DNA of 64,000 nt from Planctomycetota bacterium (lineage in GTDB: Bacteria; Planctomycetota; PLA2; JAEUHO01). Where the stretch lies: assembly GCA_965222115.1 (NCBI GenBank), contig CBDCTJ010000007.1, forward strand, positions 1,696,001-1,760,000, read 5' to 3'. The position numbers and the translations under genes were made by a program. This document shows positions 19,208-29,600 of the stretch, piece after piece. Within the stretch, counting starts at the first letter, position 1, and the number at the start of each line of letters is the position of its first letter. A model generated the notes under the pieces. It was not told where the DNA came from. It saw nothing but the letters and a program-made list of their open reading frames with translations, and did no database searches.

Positions 19208-19244
19208 TCACGCAGAGGCGCAGGGAACGCGGAGGCGCAGAGCG
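19208..19244 (+). repeat. Dispersed repeat copy 1 (37-bp core)
   Basis: TCACGCAGAGGCGCAGGGAACGCGGAGGCGCAGAGCG; near-identical copies at 22884 and 25140. Confidence 0.9.
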
Positions 19245-19310
19245 CAGCCGAACGTGATGGAGTTTGCTGGTATCGCGCCCTGGGCAGGAGCGCGATCCGA
19301 TTGCCATTGC

Positions 19311-20666
19311 CTATGGCGCTTGATGTCGGCAGAACGCCGTGCGCGGGGGAATCGTCACCGAGGGGTCCTGACCAGGCGCAAGGGCGAAGAGTTCGAACGC
19401 GCCCGGAGAAGAATAGGGCATCGACGGAATCGTTACGGTTGCCGTATTTGCATTGATCGGCGTGGAGGAAAGCGTGACTGCAGGACCTGCGCCCGTTCGC
19501 AATTTGAACGTCGTCGATGAACCAAAGTTGTGCCCCTTGACCGTGACGACAGTGGTCTCATTCGGCGCCACGGTTCGCGGCGTGACACTCGCCACCTGTG
19601 GTACAGCGGCAACCACGTGGATCGCAATTTGGGAGGATTGCTTGTTTTTATAGCGAACCCCGAGGAACTGGCCAGTCTGAAGCGCTGAACTCAAAGAGAT
19701 CGTGACGGGCGTGTTGGACCCTGACCCAAAAGTCGCACTTCCAAGTTGGGCAATGTCGCCGCCCGATGCATCGAGGCTCCAGACTTGAACTTCCTGCCCG
19801 TTGGCGCGGCCTTGCCCCGACCCAACCGAGATACTGGTGAGTCCGTCATAGGGCACCAGCTGCAAGCGAGGCGTGTTGCTGATACCCATGGCTGACATGA
19901 CGGTCATCGAGTCTGCGACGAGGTCGCCGTTGCTGTCTTCAAAGCGTAACGTCCCCGATAGGCCTGGAGGCTCAAGAATATCAAGGAGGTTTGCAGGGGC
20001 ATAGTCGGTAGCGTATACGTACGTTGCGGCATCTCCCGACCTAAGAACGGAGCGCGCTTCCAGTAACCCGCTGTAGTCGTCGGACTTCGCATAGGGCGTT
20101 GGCTTCACGGTGTCTACCCACCCGTCGGCGTTCGTATCCACAAGGACCCGGATGTCCTGGCAGCGGCGGTCAAGTACAAACATGAGTCCGGCGTTGGCCG
20201 CCGATATCTTCGTAACGTATGCAGGCGTTGTTCCGAAATCGACAAGCATGGTCTCGGTAGTCGCATCCGGAATGTAATCACCCGTTTCGTCGTTGTACCT
20301 GAAAAGCTTGCAATGCCCTTGATTGTCGATGCTTGCTACCAGTAGGTAGGAGGTGCCGCCCTGGATTGTCATGCTCGCTGCAAGGATCTTATGACCAGGT
20401 ACGGTAATCGAGTGAATGCCGCCCCGAACGAACTTGATATCATTTGAATCAGAATAAAATGTAATCCCGGAGATTTTGCCGGATGAAACACTGTCGGGAG
20501 GGGATGTAAGCACGATTTCGCTAGTCGTTGGAAATGCGTGTGGAGTGCTGACTAACCGGTCACCTGAACCACACGATGTGCACAAAGCGAAAATGGCTAC
20601 GCTGTATGCAATTGCGTGGAAAACTTGTGAGGTAACTCTCTCCATGATCACGCTCCCGCTAGCCAA
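19311..20666 (-). CDS. Putative lipoprotein with DxxxDG-type motifs and a C-terminal IPT/TIG-like domain
   Basis: Lipobox-like LCTSC-GSG. Repeated DETGDYIPD / DTNADGWVD / DSNGDLVAD. PQVASVTP...VTVKGHNF resembles IPT/TIG. Start may be 20646. Confidence 0.7.
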   Translation of the reverse strand: MASGSVIMERVTSQVFHAIAYSVAIFALCTSCGSGDRLVSTPHAFPTTSEIVLTSPPDSVSSGKISGITFYSDSNDIKFVRGGIHSITVPGHKILAASMTIQGGTSYLLVASIDNQGHCKLFRYNDETGDYIPDATTETMLVDFGTTPAYVTKISAANAGLMFVLDRRCQDIRVLVDTNADGWVDTVKPTPYAKSDDYSGLLEARSVLRSGDAATYVYATDYAPANLLDILEPPGLSGTLRFEDSNGDLVADSMTVMSAMGISNTPRLQLVPYDGLTSISVGSGQGRANGQEVQVWSLDASGGDIAQLGSATFGSGSNTPVTISLSSALQTGQFLGVRYKNKQSSQIAIHVVAAVPQVASVTPRTVAPNETTVVTVKGHNFGSSTTFKLRTGAGPAVTLSSTPINANTATVTIPSMPYSSPGAFELFALAPGQDPSVTIPPRTAFCRHQAP

Positions 20667-21414
20667 TCATCTCGTTTAGTACCCATGGAAGCCAGGGCTC
20701 GAACGACTCCTTGCAATCCAAAGACAAATCCCTCCACTCCTGGCTGCCAAAGAAAGAATTTTCACAAATATTTTTCAGGTCTCCGAACGCATCGGCCACG
20801 ATCGACAGCATCTCGGCGAGGATTTCTTCCTTTTCTGTTAAGGTCGTTGACGGTAACGAGTATTTGAGGGCCAGCTCACTAAGTACGCGACACTTTGCGT
20901 CCAATTCTAGATACGATCTCTCTAGAAGCTCGTCTACGGCTCCCGCGGTTGGCGGGAACCCGCCAACCAGTCTTTGCTGAGTGTGGAAGATCTCCTCCCA
21001 TACGACGGCTTTCTTATTTAGTTCGGATTGATTAGTAGTTCCGTCACTTATTCCCACACATCCATTGCCCATCGACACTCCACCTGCATTCTCGTGAAAT
21101 TGGCAAGCCAATACTTGGTTTGCCCCGCCAAAGTAGCTGACCCACGTTGCCTTGTCGAATACACGAATACACCCTAGACTCTTTAGCAGAGACGCTAGTT
21201 CGGGAATTCCAACGAAGTGAGTCATACACGGGTCGAGATTGGCGGACGAATTGCCGTCGATGATTTCACAAATGCATTCACCAAACCCGCTTGTGTCGTC
21301 CTGAATCGCTACGCCCGGGCAAGAGGTGCCGCCCACCGACAGGGAACCGTATGCAGCGTGCTTATGTGTTGGGATCATCAGCAAGATTGGGATGAGAATC
21401 AGCATGCGTCTCAT
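20659..21414 (-). CDS. Secreted Cys-rich hypothetical protein with an EExxH motif
   Basis: GGAGGT RBS, signal peptide MRRMLILIPILLMIP, about 10 Cys, WEEIFHTQQ; overlaps the downstream gene. Confidence 0.7.
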   Translation of the reverse strand: MRRMLILIPILLMIPTHKHAAYGSLSVGGTSCPGVAIQDDTSGFGECICEIIDGNSSANLDPCMTHFVGIPELASLLKSLGCIRVFDKATWVSYFGGANQVLACQFHENAGGVSMGNGCVGISDGTTNQSELNKKAVVWEEIFHTQQRLVGGFPPTAGAVDELLERSYLELDAKCRVLSELALKYSLPSTTLTEKEEILAEMLSIVADAFGDLKNICENSFFGSQEWRDLSLDCKESFEPWLPWVLNEMIG

Positions 21415-21437
21415 GTCAACACCTCCAAGACTTATCC

Positions 21438-21466
21438 CTTTTTATTATTGCTGACGCGGTTGTCAA
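21438..21466 (-). promoter_or_regulatory. Putative sigma70-type promoter for the 21414-19311 gene pair
   Basis: Minus strand reads TTGACA-accgcgtcagcaa-TAATAAAAA: a perfect -35 and an AT-rich -10 region with imperfect spacing. Confidence 0.4.
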
Positions 21467-21594
21467 GGCCTACGCGAGCACGAATGAGTTACTTGGGGAG
21501 TGCCGCTGTGAGTCGGGACTGTTGGAGAAGACCGCGCGACGAGCGAAGCGAGCTCGAGACTTGGGTTCGCCTCGCATTCGATCTCGCTCGCAAT

Positions 21595-22737
21595 CTACTT
21601 CCTTACAAACACCTGGATCTGAAACGCATTGATGCCGGCGGTGGCGCCTATGACGTAGACGAAACGTCCGTCGGGACTGATGGCGCCGGTGAGGAGTGCA
21701 CCGAAGTCGGCGCGAACGAGACCGTTGGGATCAACGGAGTAGCTGCCGACGAAGGGGGCCGTGGACATGACGCCCGCCGTGTTGACGTTCGTGTCACCCG
21801 TAAGGCTCGACTGGCCGTCTGCCGTGAAGCTGCCCATCATGGATTCGGCATAGGGGTATTCCCAATAGAGTCCGGCGCCGTGGTACTCGCCCTGAAAGCG
21901 CTGGCTCGTCATGTTGTTGCCTTCACGAATGAGCACGACCGATAACGGATTGGAGTCGACTTGAATGGCGCCACTGAGCATGGCGATTGAGCGATCGGCC
22001 GAGACGACGCCGAACAAGTCGGCTACGCCGGCCGAGCTGAGGCCAATGCGAATCGAACCGTCGTCGTCCACTTCGTAATACAAAATGGAAGGGGGGAGGT
22101 CGATTGAGTTGACGCCTAGGTGGTTGGTTCCGGGGTCGATTACCGCATGTCCTGACCCATCAAAAGTAAGACTGCCCACGAGCCTCGTGGCGTTTTGTTC
22201 ATCAAGTGTGACCTGGCCAGCCATGAACATATGAAAACGCCCAGTGAGCCCAGCCGTTGAGTGTCCGGTCGAACGGCGCATGTGCATGGCCAGTGTTGGG
22301 TCCACACCTTGATCAATCGTTCCAAGAACCGCGATTTCGCTGGTTGCACCTAAACCGCCACCGAGCCGAGGATTGGTGAGCGGATCGTCGCGAATGGTAT
22401 AGAACCCGTCCTCCTTGAGTACGTACGTCTTGGTATCGCCCGTCGGATTGTTGTCAATGACACCCGTATGATTCTCGGTCGTCTGGACGAACAAGGCATC
22501 GTCGATACCCGGCACGAGCTCACCCCAAGCCGTGGTGGTTGATCCATCGGTATGACCTGTATGACTCATATAGAAGTGCTGACCGGCCAGCTCAGGAATG
22601 CCTCCATTGCCGCCAACACCGCCATTCCCATTGCCATTCTGCGTGGCAAAGCTACTGCCCCCCGATCCACCGCAGGCACAGAGCGAGAGCGACAGGACAA
22701 AGGCAGACGTTAGGGAAAGTGCGGTGCGAAACGACAT
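21595..22737 (-). CDS. Putative lipoprotein with internally repeated beta-rich domains
   Basis: Lipobox LCAC-GGSGG from ATG 22737 (GGAGG RBS). Repeats GSLTFDGSG...YEVDDDG and GSFTADGQS...YSVDPNG. Confidence 0.75.
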   Translation of the reverse strand: MSFRTALSLTSAFVLSLSLCACGGSGGSSFATQNGNGNGGVGGNGGIPELAGQHFYMSHTGHTDGSTTTAWGELVPGIDDALFVQTTENHTGVIDNNPTGDTKTYVLKEDGFYTIRDDPLTNPRLGGGLGATSEIAVLGTIDQGVDPTLAMHMRRSTGHSTAGLTGRFHMFMAGQVTLDEQNATRLVGSLTFDGSGHAVIDPGTNHLGVNSIDLPPSILYYEVDDDGSIRIGLSSAGVADLFGVVSADRSIAMLSGAIQVDSNPLSVVLIREGNNMTSQRFQGEYHGAGLYWEYPYAESMMGSFTADGQSSLTGDTNVNTAGVMSTAPFVGSYSVDPNGLVRADFGALLTGAISPDGRFVYVIGATAGINAFQIQVFVRK

Positions 22738-22834
22738 GGATCTGAACCTCCGAGGGGTTGTCGCCCACTGGAGGCACATACACATGCGTAATTTCAAGAA
22801 AGTGGAAGACTCTCTGTGTCAGGGTGAATTTCGC

Positions 22835-22920
22835 GCTCTTGGTGGAGTGTGAACGGGTCCTGTGCGGTCGTACGCGATTCATCTCACGCAGAGGCGCAGA
22901 GTACGCGGAGGCGCAGAGCG
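22835..22920 (+). repeat. Dispersed repeat copy 2 (upstream box + 37-bp core)
   Basis: Box GCTCTTGGTGGAGTGTGAACGGG, then the core at 22884-22920; same layout as 25091-25176. Confidence 0.9.
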
Positions 22921-23093
22921 AAGCCGAAGGTGGTGGAGATTGTTGGCATCGAAGTGGTGCGGGTTGTGGGACGTCGCTTGATGAAGAGGGAGGGGCGCAA
23001 GCGTTGGTGGGAGCCAATAGGCAGATGCGAGCGCAATCGGACACTTCCGGCTGGAGTATTCCAAATCTGAAAATACAGATAACGCACGTGTTC

Positions 23094-23130
23094 CCTCTGC
23101 GACTCATTCGCTCGGCGCCTCCGCGTGAGA
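23094..23130 (-). repeat. Inverted, diverged copy of the dispersed repeat
   Basis: Reverse complement reads TCTCACGCGGAGGCGCCGAGCGAATGAGTCGCAGAGG, facing copy 2. Confidence 0.6.
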
Positions 23131-23215
23131 TACGTACGCGAGAATTCGATAAAGGTGGAAGCGGTCTCAATGGACGATAAGAAAGGATTGAGTTCATCGC
23201 GCGATAGGACACCCC

Positions 23216-23527
23216 TTGACTGAACCGACGAAACGCCGGCCCTGTACCTCACGCCAACTGGTCATTGGCGGGCTGCTTTGTGCCCTGCTTGTGGCCTCGC
23301 ACCTTTGGTTCTTGAAGCGTCCCAATCATCGCCTGGGCGGTATCGCTTGGAATGCACTGTTTCAGATGTTTGGACCTCTGCTAGCGCTTGGCTACGCCGC
23401 GTTTCTGGCGATCCGCGAGACCGGTTCAAGTCGCGCGCGCACGCTCAAGATTCTTGTCTGCATAGCGCTTGTTGCGATAGCGACTGCTTGTTGGCTTCGC
23501 ACGTGGCCCGTGATGATCAGCGTTTGA
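23216..23527 (+). CDS. Small membrane protein (about 3 TM helices)
   Basis: 103 aa, three hydrophobic segments, AGGA upstream of a TTG start. Confidence 0.55.
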   Translation: MTEPTKRRPCTSRQLVIGGLLCALLVASHLWFLKRPNHRLGGIAWNALFQMFGPLLALGYAAFLAIRETGSSRARTLKILVCIALVAIATACWLRTWPVMISV

Positions 23528-23568
23528 GCATCGTATGGAGCGCTGTTGTGTCGTAGCATGCTGAACGT

Positions 23569-25053
23569 ATGTCTCGACGAATGTCAATCGCCACAACGCT
23601 TCTGGCCCTCGGCATTATTGGCTGGCTGGTGTGGCGGGGCACGTCGAGAGAATCGCACGTTCATGGCCCGAGTGTCGAACCGCACAACAAGTCCAGACAT
23701 TCTCCAGCATTGAGAGCCGTTGGAATGGAGGCGCCACGGAAGCAGCCGCCGATAGCGCCGGTCGATAGCGACACCGCAGTCCCTAAGGAAGAACCGTGGA
23801 CGATTCGCGGGCGCGTGTTCCAACCCGATGGCGTAACGGGCGCGGCCGGCGTACCGGTTTTCGCGGTATACCGCCCACGCTTCATCAACTCATCCAACGT
23901 CTTGGCGCAGGCTATGACGGACCGTGAAGGTCGTTATGAACTGACGGGCGTTTTCAACGATTCAAGTACGGAAACGCTCTACGTCTTGGCTTCGGGGGGA
24001 GGATGGATTAGCCGAGAAGTTGAAGAAAAACTTGTACGCGGGCGGCATTCATCCTCTGAGATATCGAGCGTGAAGGTTCAAGCGGGCGAATCGTTTACGC
24101 TCGACCTGCATGTAGTTCCCTGTGCGCGCATTGAAGGCCGCGTGTTGTCGCCAAACGGCGAGCCCGTGCCTGGCGCCATCGTGCGGGGGCGCAAAATGAC
24201 GATTCCACCTCTTCTAGCCATGTCGCGTCGTTTGGCTGCGGAAGACGTGATGGCACCGGTCCAGACAGACGGTGACGGTCGCTTCGTCATATGGGCGCCT
24301 GTCGGTCGCTCGTCGATTCGCCTCGAGGCGATGGCACCGGGATTCTGTTTGGTGCAATCCGACGCGCTTGAATCCTCAATGGGCGAGGTTACGTCCGTTG
24401 ACCTTGAGCTCGTTACACCGCGTTCACTGACGCTCACGGTCTTGGATGAGTCCGACGATTCGGCGATCGTGGGTGCGTTTGTGTACGCAGAATATCGCCG
24501 AAGTGGTTCATTCGTGAATAGCAACAATACGTACCGCCGGGTGCCCCGCAGCGGTCGCGTTGAGGTTGCACCTCTTCTGATGCAACCAGTCCGCATTCGC
24601 GTTGTTGACGATCGATATCTCGAGTACCGCACGAACGCCAAAGAAGATGCGTGCGGCGACTGGTTTCAATCGGTTCCCGGAAAGACTCACCACTACGAAG
24701 GTGTCGTTCGACTTGAACCACTCTGCCCGATTCACGGGACCGTGGTTTGGCCTAAGAGCATTGATTTGTCCGGTGCCCAACTCTCCGTGAGCGCGAAGGC
24801 ACTAGATGCTCCGGGCTACGAACACTATCGCGGATTCGCTGAAGTGGATGCGATCAAGCGCACGTTTACAATCTACGTTCCCAAGCGAGGGACATTCGCA
24901 CTTGAGGCGACGCAATTTTTTCACGAAGACCGATTGCATTGCGATGAGGTCGTCGTAACGGCAGCGTCCGAAAACGTACGTGTTGCCTATAGGATACTGT
25001 CGGACGATGAGATTGTGTTGGAGCCGGAAGAGGTCGAGGACGACGGCAAGTGA
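23569..25053 (+). CDS. Carboxypeptidase-regulatory-like (transthyretin-fold) repeat protein, N-terminally anchored
   Basis: N-terminal TM. Repeated IRGRVFQPDG...TDREGRY and IEGRVLSPNGEPVPGA...TDGDGRF. Confidence 0.8.
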   Translation: MSRRMSIATTLLALGIIGWLVWRGTSRESHVHGPSVEPHNKSRHSPALRAVGMEAPRKQPPIAPVDSDTAVPKEEPWTIRGRVFQPDGVTGAAGVPVFAVYRPRFINSSNVLAQAMTDREGRYELTGVFNDSSTETLYVLASGGGWISREVEEKLVRGRHSSSEISSVKVQAGESFTLDLHVVPCARIEGRVLSPNGEPVPGAIVRGRKMTIPPLLAMSRRLAAEDVMAPVQTDGDGRFVIWAPVGRSSIRLEAMAPGFCLVQSDALESSMGEVTSVDLELVTPRSLTLTVLDESDDSAIVGAFVYAEYRRSGSFVNSNNTYRRVPRSGRVEVAPLLMQPVRIRVVDDRYLEYRTNAKEDACGDWFQSVPGKTHHYEGVVRLEPLCPIHGTVVWPKSIDLSGAQLSVSAKALDAPGYEHYRGFAEVDAIKRTFTIYVPKRGTFALEATQFFHEDRLHCDEVVVTAASENVRVAYRILSDDEIVLEPEEVEDDGK

Positions 25054-25090
25054 GTGGCACAGGGGCGAACTGAGTCTGGGCAAGATTCAA

Positions 25091-25176
25091 GCTCTCCGTG
25101 GTGTGTGATCGGGGGCGTTGCCGTCGGGCGGGTCTAATTTCACGCAGAGGCGCAGAGAACGCGGAGGCGCAGAGCG
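25091..25176 (+). repeat. Dispersed repeat copy 3 (upstream box + 37-bp core)
   Basis: Box GCTCTCCGTGGTGTGTGATCGGG (19/23 to copy 2) with identical spacing to the core at 25140-25176. Confidence 0.9.
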
Positions 25177-25276
25177 CAATCGTTATTTGGGCCGAACTGA
25201 GAAGAGTGAGAAAATGGGGTTGTTGCAACAACGATGGCAATCGCGAGGGTGCGGGAATCTCGAGTTGGTACGGGCA

Positions 25277-26467
25277 TCACGCCGTCCGCGCCCTTAGCAA
25301 TCGCCTCCGCACAAACCGCGCCAGCAAAAACAGGAGTAGCGCGGCAACAGCGATGCCGTAGCGGTGTTCACGCCAAATTCGATTGATGCGCGAGATCTTG
25401 GAATCGCCGTAGTACCAGGCGCCAATGGCGTCGTCGTTGTCTCCTAGCGTGAAGAACAAATCGTTGTCCCAGTGATGAATGGAGAAACTACCGTCCTTGT
25501 TCTGTCGGTTGAATCCACTGCTTTGTATGCGATTGACGTACCAGCGCTCCGGTTCGTCGATCGTGTCCAGTCCGGTCTTGACCTCGGTCATACCCTTTGC
25601 TGTTATCCACGGGTTGAGGAAGTTTGCGCGCCATGCACTTAAGAGGTTGCGTTTCGAGCGCAGGGTAGTTGTCTCGATTGGTTTGTCGGTGCAGAGGATG
25701 AGTTCGAGTCGGAAGTCACCTTGACGCGCGCTGTACTTGGCCGGGTAGTAGGGCGTGTCGGTTTCGAATCGTATGGCAAGAGGTGGAAGATCGGGTTCGG
25801 ACGCAAGTGCGCTCTCTTTGGCTGTGGGCTGAACCCGGATGCAAAGAAACGTAAAGTTACGCGTTGCAAACCACCGCAGTTCTTCGGGATCTTCCGCCGG
25901 AAACTCGTTGTCCTTCAAGTAATCCTGCAGCGCATCAACGCCGTGTGCAGCGTCGGCGTGTACCGGTGTAATCGTATAGGGTCCAACCTGTCGCGTGGGA
26001 CCCACATCGAGACCATGAGCAGATCCTGCCGCCAACGCGTTGGCGTCTACGGCTGTGCCGTACGAGTCGGACGGAAACAATTTCTTGATGAAGGCCAAGT
26101 CAAAGCGCGAACGACGGGCCCATTGCCACTCCGCCAGCCGTTGCACGCGTTTCGCGACGCCACTCGCATGTTCAATCGGCTCCACTTCTTTGGCCGCGTA
26201 TGCAATGGGTCGGGACGGAACCGTGATGACCCACGCCATGTAGGGCGGCGCGCCCTCTTCCCCCTTGAAGTAGGGCTTGATCTGCAGCAGAAGGTCTTGC
26301 ACCCCATCCCGATGGAGCACCAATCCTCGTTGCGCGTTCTGACCGAGACGGCCTTTCCAATCGAGCGGTGCCATACAACAGCCGTCTGTGAGCGATGAAG
26401 GTGCCAAAAGCACCATCGAGATCACCAACAACCGCATGAGCACACGGGACGTTAGGCGCGGGTTCAT
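25277..26467 (-). CDS. DUF2330-like secreted, C-terminally anchored protein
   Basis: Signal peptide then CC; AQRGLVL...DLLLQ, MAWVITVPSRP, VGPYTIT; C-terminal TM followed by an Arg-rich tail. Confidence 0.75.
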   Translation of the reverse strand: MNPRLTSRVLMRLLVISMVLLAPSSLTDGCCMAPLDWKGRLGQNAQRGLVLHRDGVQDLLLQIKPYFKGEEGAPPYMAWVITVPSRPIAYAAKEVEPIEHASGVAKRVQRLAEWQWARRSRFDLAFIKKLFPSDSYGTAVDANALAAGSAHGLDVGPTRQVGPYTITPVHADAAHGVDALQDYLKDNEFPAEDPEELRWFATRNFTFLCIRVQPTAKESALASEPDLPPLAIRFETDTPYYPAKYSARQGDFRLELILCTDKPIETTTLRSKRNLLSAWRANFLNPWITAKGMTEVKTGLDTIDEPERWYVNRIQSSGFNRQNKDGSFSIHHWDNDLFFTLGDNDDAIGAWYYGDSKISRINRIWREHRYGIAVAALLLFLLARFVRRRLLRARTA

Positions 26468-26620
26468 GCGAACTCCCTATATCCAAGAAGGGCTCCATGT
26501 GTCCTTGGGGTGCAAAAGCGCGTTTGAGGCCGCCTCGGATCCGCCAAGTTTGCTACGCTTCGGGTTCACATCTAGGAGCGGGAACATTCTACCCCGTTCG
26601 CAGGCCCGGAAGGACCTCCT

Positions 26621-29600
26621 ATGACGCCCATGACGCTTCGAACTCGTTTCGCTTGTTTGCTCGGTGCCTTTGCCCTTGCGCTACTCGCTGGCCCGGCGAT
26701 GGCAAAGGACGACGCCAAGCAGTCGGCCAAGAAAGCGCCTGCGAAAAAGCGCGCGAAGAAGAAGGCCGAGAAGCCCACTTTGGGTCTTCGCTATCCGTCG
26801 CTCACACCCGACGGGAAACGGGTCGTCTTTGGTTACCGCGGCGATTTGTGGATTGCGCCCATCGAGGGCGGGGCGCAGCCCGAGCGTCTCACCATTCACG
26901 AGGCGCAAGACACCATCGCACGCGTAAGTCCGGATGGCGAGCACATCGCGTTTACATCCCGCCGCGATGGGGGCTACGACATTTTCGTGATTCCCGTAGA
27001 AGGCGGCGAGCCGAAACGCATCACGCACAACAGCGGGGCCGAAGTGCTCTGTGACTGGTCGCCCGATGGCAAGAAGATTCTCTTCATGTCCAATCGTGAG
27101 CCGTCATTGGCGCGTATGAACCTCTATGAAGTACCGGTAGCTGGTGGCACGCCGCGACGACTGACGCATGATGGTGGGCGCGAAGCCCGGTACTCAAACG
27201 ATGGCAAGCAGATCATTTACGTGCGCGGCTCCAATACGATTTACCAGGACAACTACAAGGGCTCAGGCAACTACGACATCTACACCGTCCCCGTAGAGGG
27301 CGGTATTCCCACGCAGGTCACGAAAACCGATGGCAACGAACGGTGGCCCACGTTTACCGAAGACGGCAAGAAAATTCGTTTTGTCACCGAAGAACGAGGT
27401 GTTGCCAACTTCTATGAAATGACTGTCGGCGAAACCAAACGCAGGCGCGTCACGAAATTTCGAGGCGCGGACGTACACCGCCCGTGCTATGCCTGGAAGG
27501 GCGACGGCGTAGTATTTGAACTTAGCGGAAAGCTCTATCACACCGATCTATCGGCCAAGAAGCCCAAAGCCCATCCGATTCGACTTACGGTGCGCGGGGA
27601 CGTGCGTCATAGCGGCGTTGTCGAACGACAGGTCACGCGCGGTGTGGAGCATGTCCATCTCAGTTCGGATGGATCGAAGATGGTCTGTTCGGTCCATGGC
27701 GACATTTGGGTGATGGATGCGTCCGGCGGCAGCGCGACGCGTCTTACATCGGGCCCCCACAAGGACGAGTGGCCGCGGTTGAGTCCCAACGGCAAGGTCG
27801 TGGCCTTTCAGTCCAATCGGGCGGGCAAAAGCGATATCTTTCTCTTGTCCGTTCGCGATAAGAAAATCAAGCGACTCACCAAGCACGCTGCGGACGATTT
27901 TTTTCACTCGTGGTCGCCGGATGGGAAGCGGCTCGTCTTCACGTCAGAGCGTTCCGGCAATCGCGATATCTGGACGATTGACGTGGCCACCGGCAAGGTC
28001 AAACAACTCACGCGCGAGAAGGGTAACGAGGACGATCCTGTATTTTCGCCGGATGGCAAGTCGATCGCATTCGATAGCGACCGCAGTGGCGGTCAGGCCA
28101 TCTTCATCATGAATGCCGACGGAAGTAACCCGCGTAAGGTCTCAAGCGGTACGGGCTTCTATCAGGTTCCCAACTATTCGCCCAATGGACGTATGTTGGT
28201 GTACGAATCGATGAATCCCGCCACCGGACGCTCCCGAGGTCTGTTTGTCTGTAAGGCAAGCGGCGGTTCTTCCATGCGCATCGCGAGCGAAGGTATGGGC
28301 TCGTGCTGGAGTCCGCGCGGCGACTACATCTACTACTCAGTTGGTAATCGCGGCAACCAAGAGGTGTATCGTGTTCCTGCGCCGACGGCGATTGAGAATC
28401 GTGAAAAGGTCCCCTTTATTGGCAAGATCGATGTTGACCTACGCCGGGAGTTGGCCGACCTGTTTGACGAGGCGTGGAACGCACTCGGCAAGGGTTTCTA
28501 CGATCGGAAAATGCACGGTGTGAGTTGGCGTAAAATGCGCGACAAGTATCGTCCCATGGCCATTGACGCCGAAAACAAGGCCGAATTCCAAAACATCGTT
28601 TCCCAAATGTTGGCCGAGCTCAACGCGAGCCACTTGGGCATTGGTGGGGGACGCCCGCGTTCGATCGCCGTGGCCGCTAAGGCCACGCCCACCGGTTCGC
28701 TGGGTGCAACATTTGCGGACAAGCGCGGTGAACATGGCGGCTTTGTGATTCGCTCCATGCTTCCCAATGGCCCGGCGTTCAAGGCGCGCTTGCGTGTGGG
28801 CGACGAGATCGTGGCGATCAATAAGAAGAACGTGAAACCTACGACCGATATTGACGAACTTTTGACCGGTACGCTTGGCAAGGAAATTCATATCGCGTAT
28901 CACCCGCACACCGCGGAAGGACTGGGCGACCGTGTTGAACACAGTATTACGCCAACGAGTGCGCGTGCGCTTTCGCTGGCCATGCGGGTTCGTGAGCTTG
29001 AGAAGCGCGCGAAAACAGTCAAGACCGATACCAAGGGCAAGATTGGCTACATCTACCTCAGCATGATGAACCAACAGAACTTGGGTAAGTTCCAGCGACA
29101 AGTCGCTGTCTGGAATCGAAACAAGAAGATCAAGGGAATGATCATCGACATTCGCGGAAATGGTGGAGGCAACATACATCAACAGTTGCTTCAGATCCTT
29201 AGCGCGAAGCCGTATGCCCACGTCGAAGTTCGTGGCGGGCGCCGAAAGATGCCTCAACCCGCGCTCTACTGGGACAAGCCCGTCTGCGTCCTGATTGATG
29301 AGCGATCGTTCTCCGATGCTGAGGTGTTTCCCTATTGCTTCAAGAGCTTGAAACTTGGCAAGGTCATTGGCGTCCCCACACCGGGTGGAGTGATTGGCAC
29401 GAACGACATCACGTTGTCGGACGGATCATCGTTTCGCATTCCGCGCGTGGGTTACTACGGCATCGACGGCACCAACCTTGAGGGGCACGGCGTAAAGCCC
29501 GACATTTTGGTTGAGATGACGCCGGAAGACCGCATCAAGGGCCGCGACCCTCAGTTGGCGCGTGCGATTGAGCATATGTTGATTGAGACCGGCTTGAAGA

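Noticed and set aside
21536-21592. Imperfect hairpin after the 22737-21595 lipoprotein gene
   Set aside because: The stem is irregular and lacks a U-tract; too weak to call a terminator or repeat copy.
22758-23252. Overlapping short ORFs such as ...SRRGAEYAEAQSE...
   Set aside because: They are translations of the dispersed repeat and its inverted copy, not credible genes.
19200-25176. Repeats as integron attC sites
   Set aside because: Only copy 1 has an RYYYAAC (GTCTAAC), no matching GTTRRRY arm or attC-type dyad was seen, the genes between copies face both ways, and there is no integrase.
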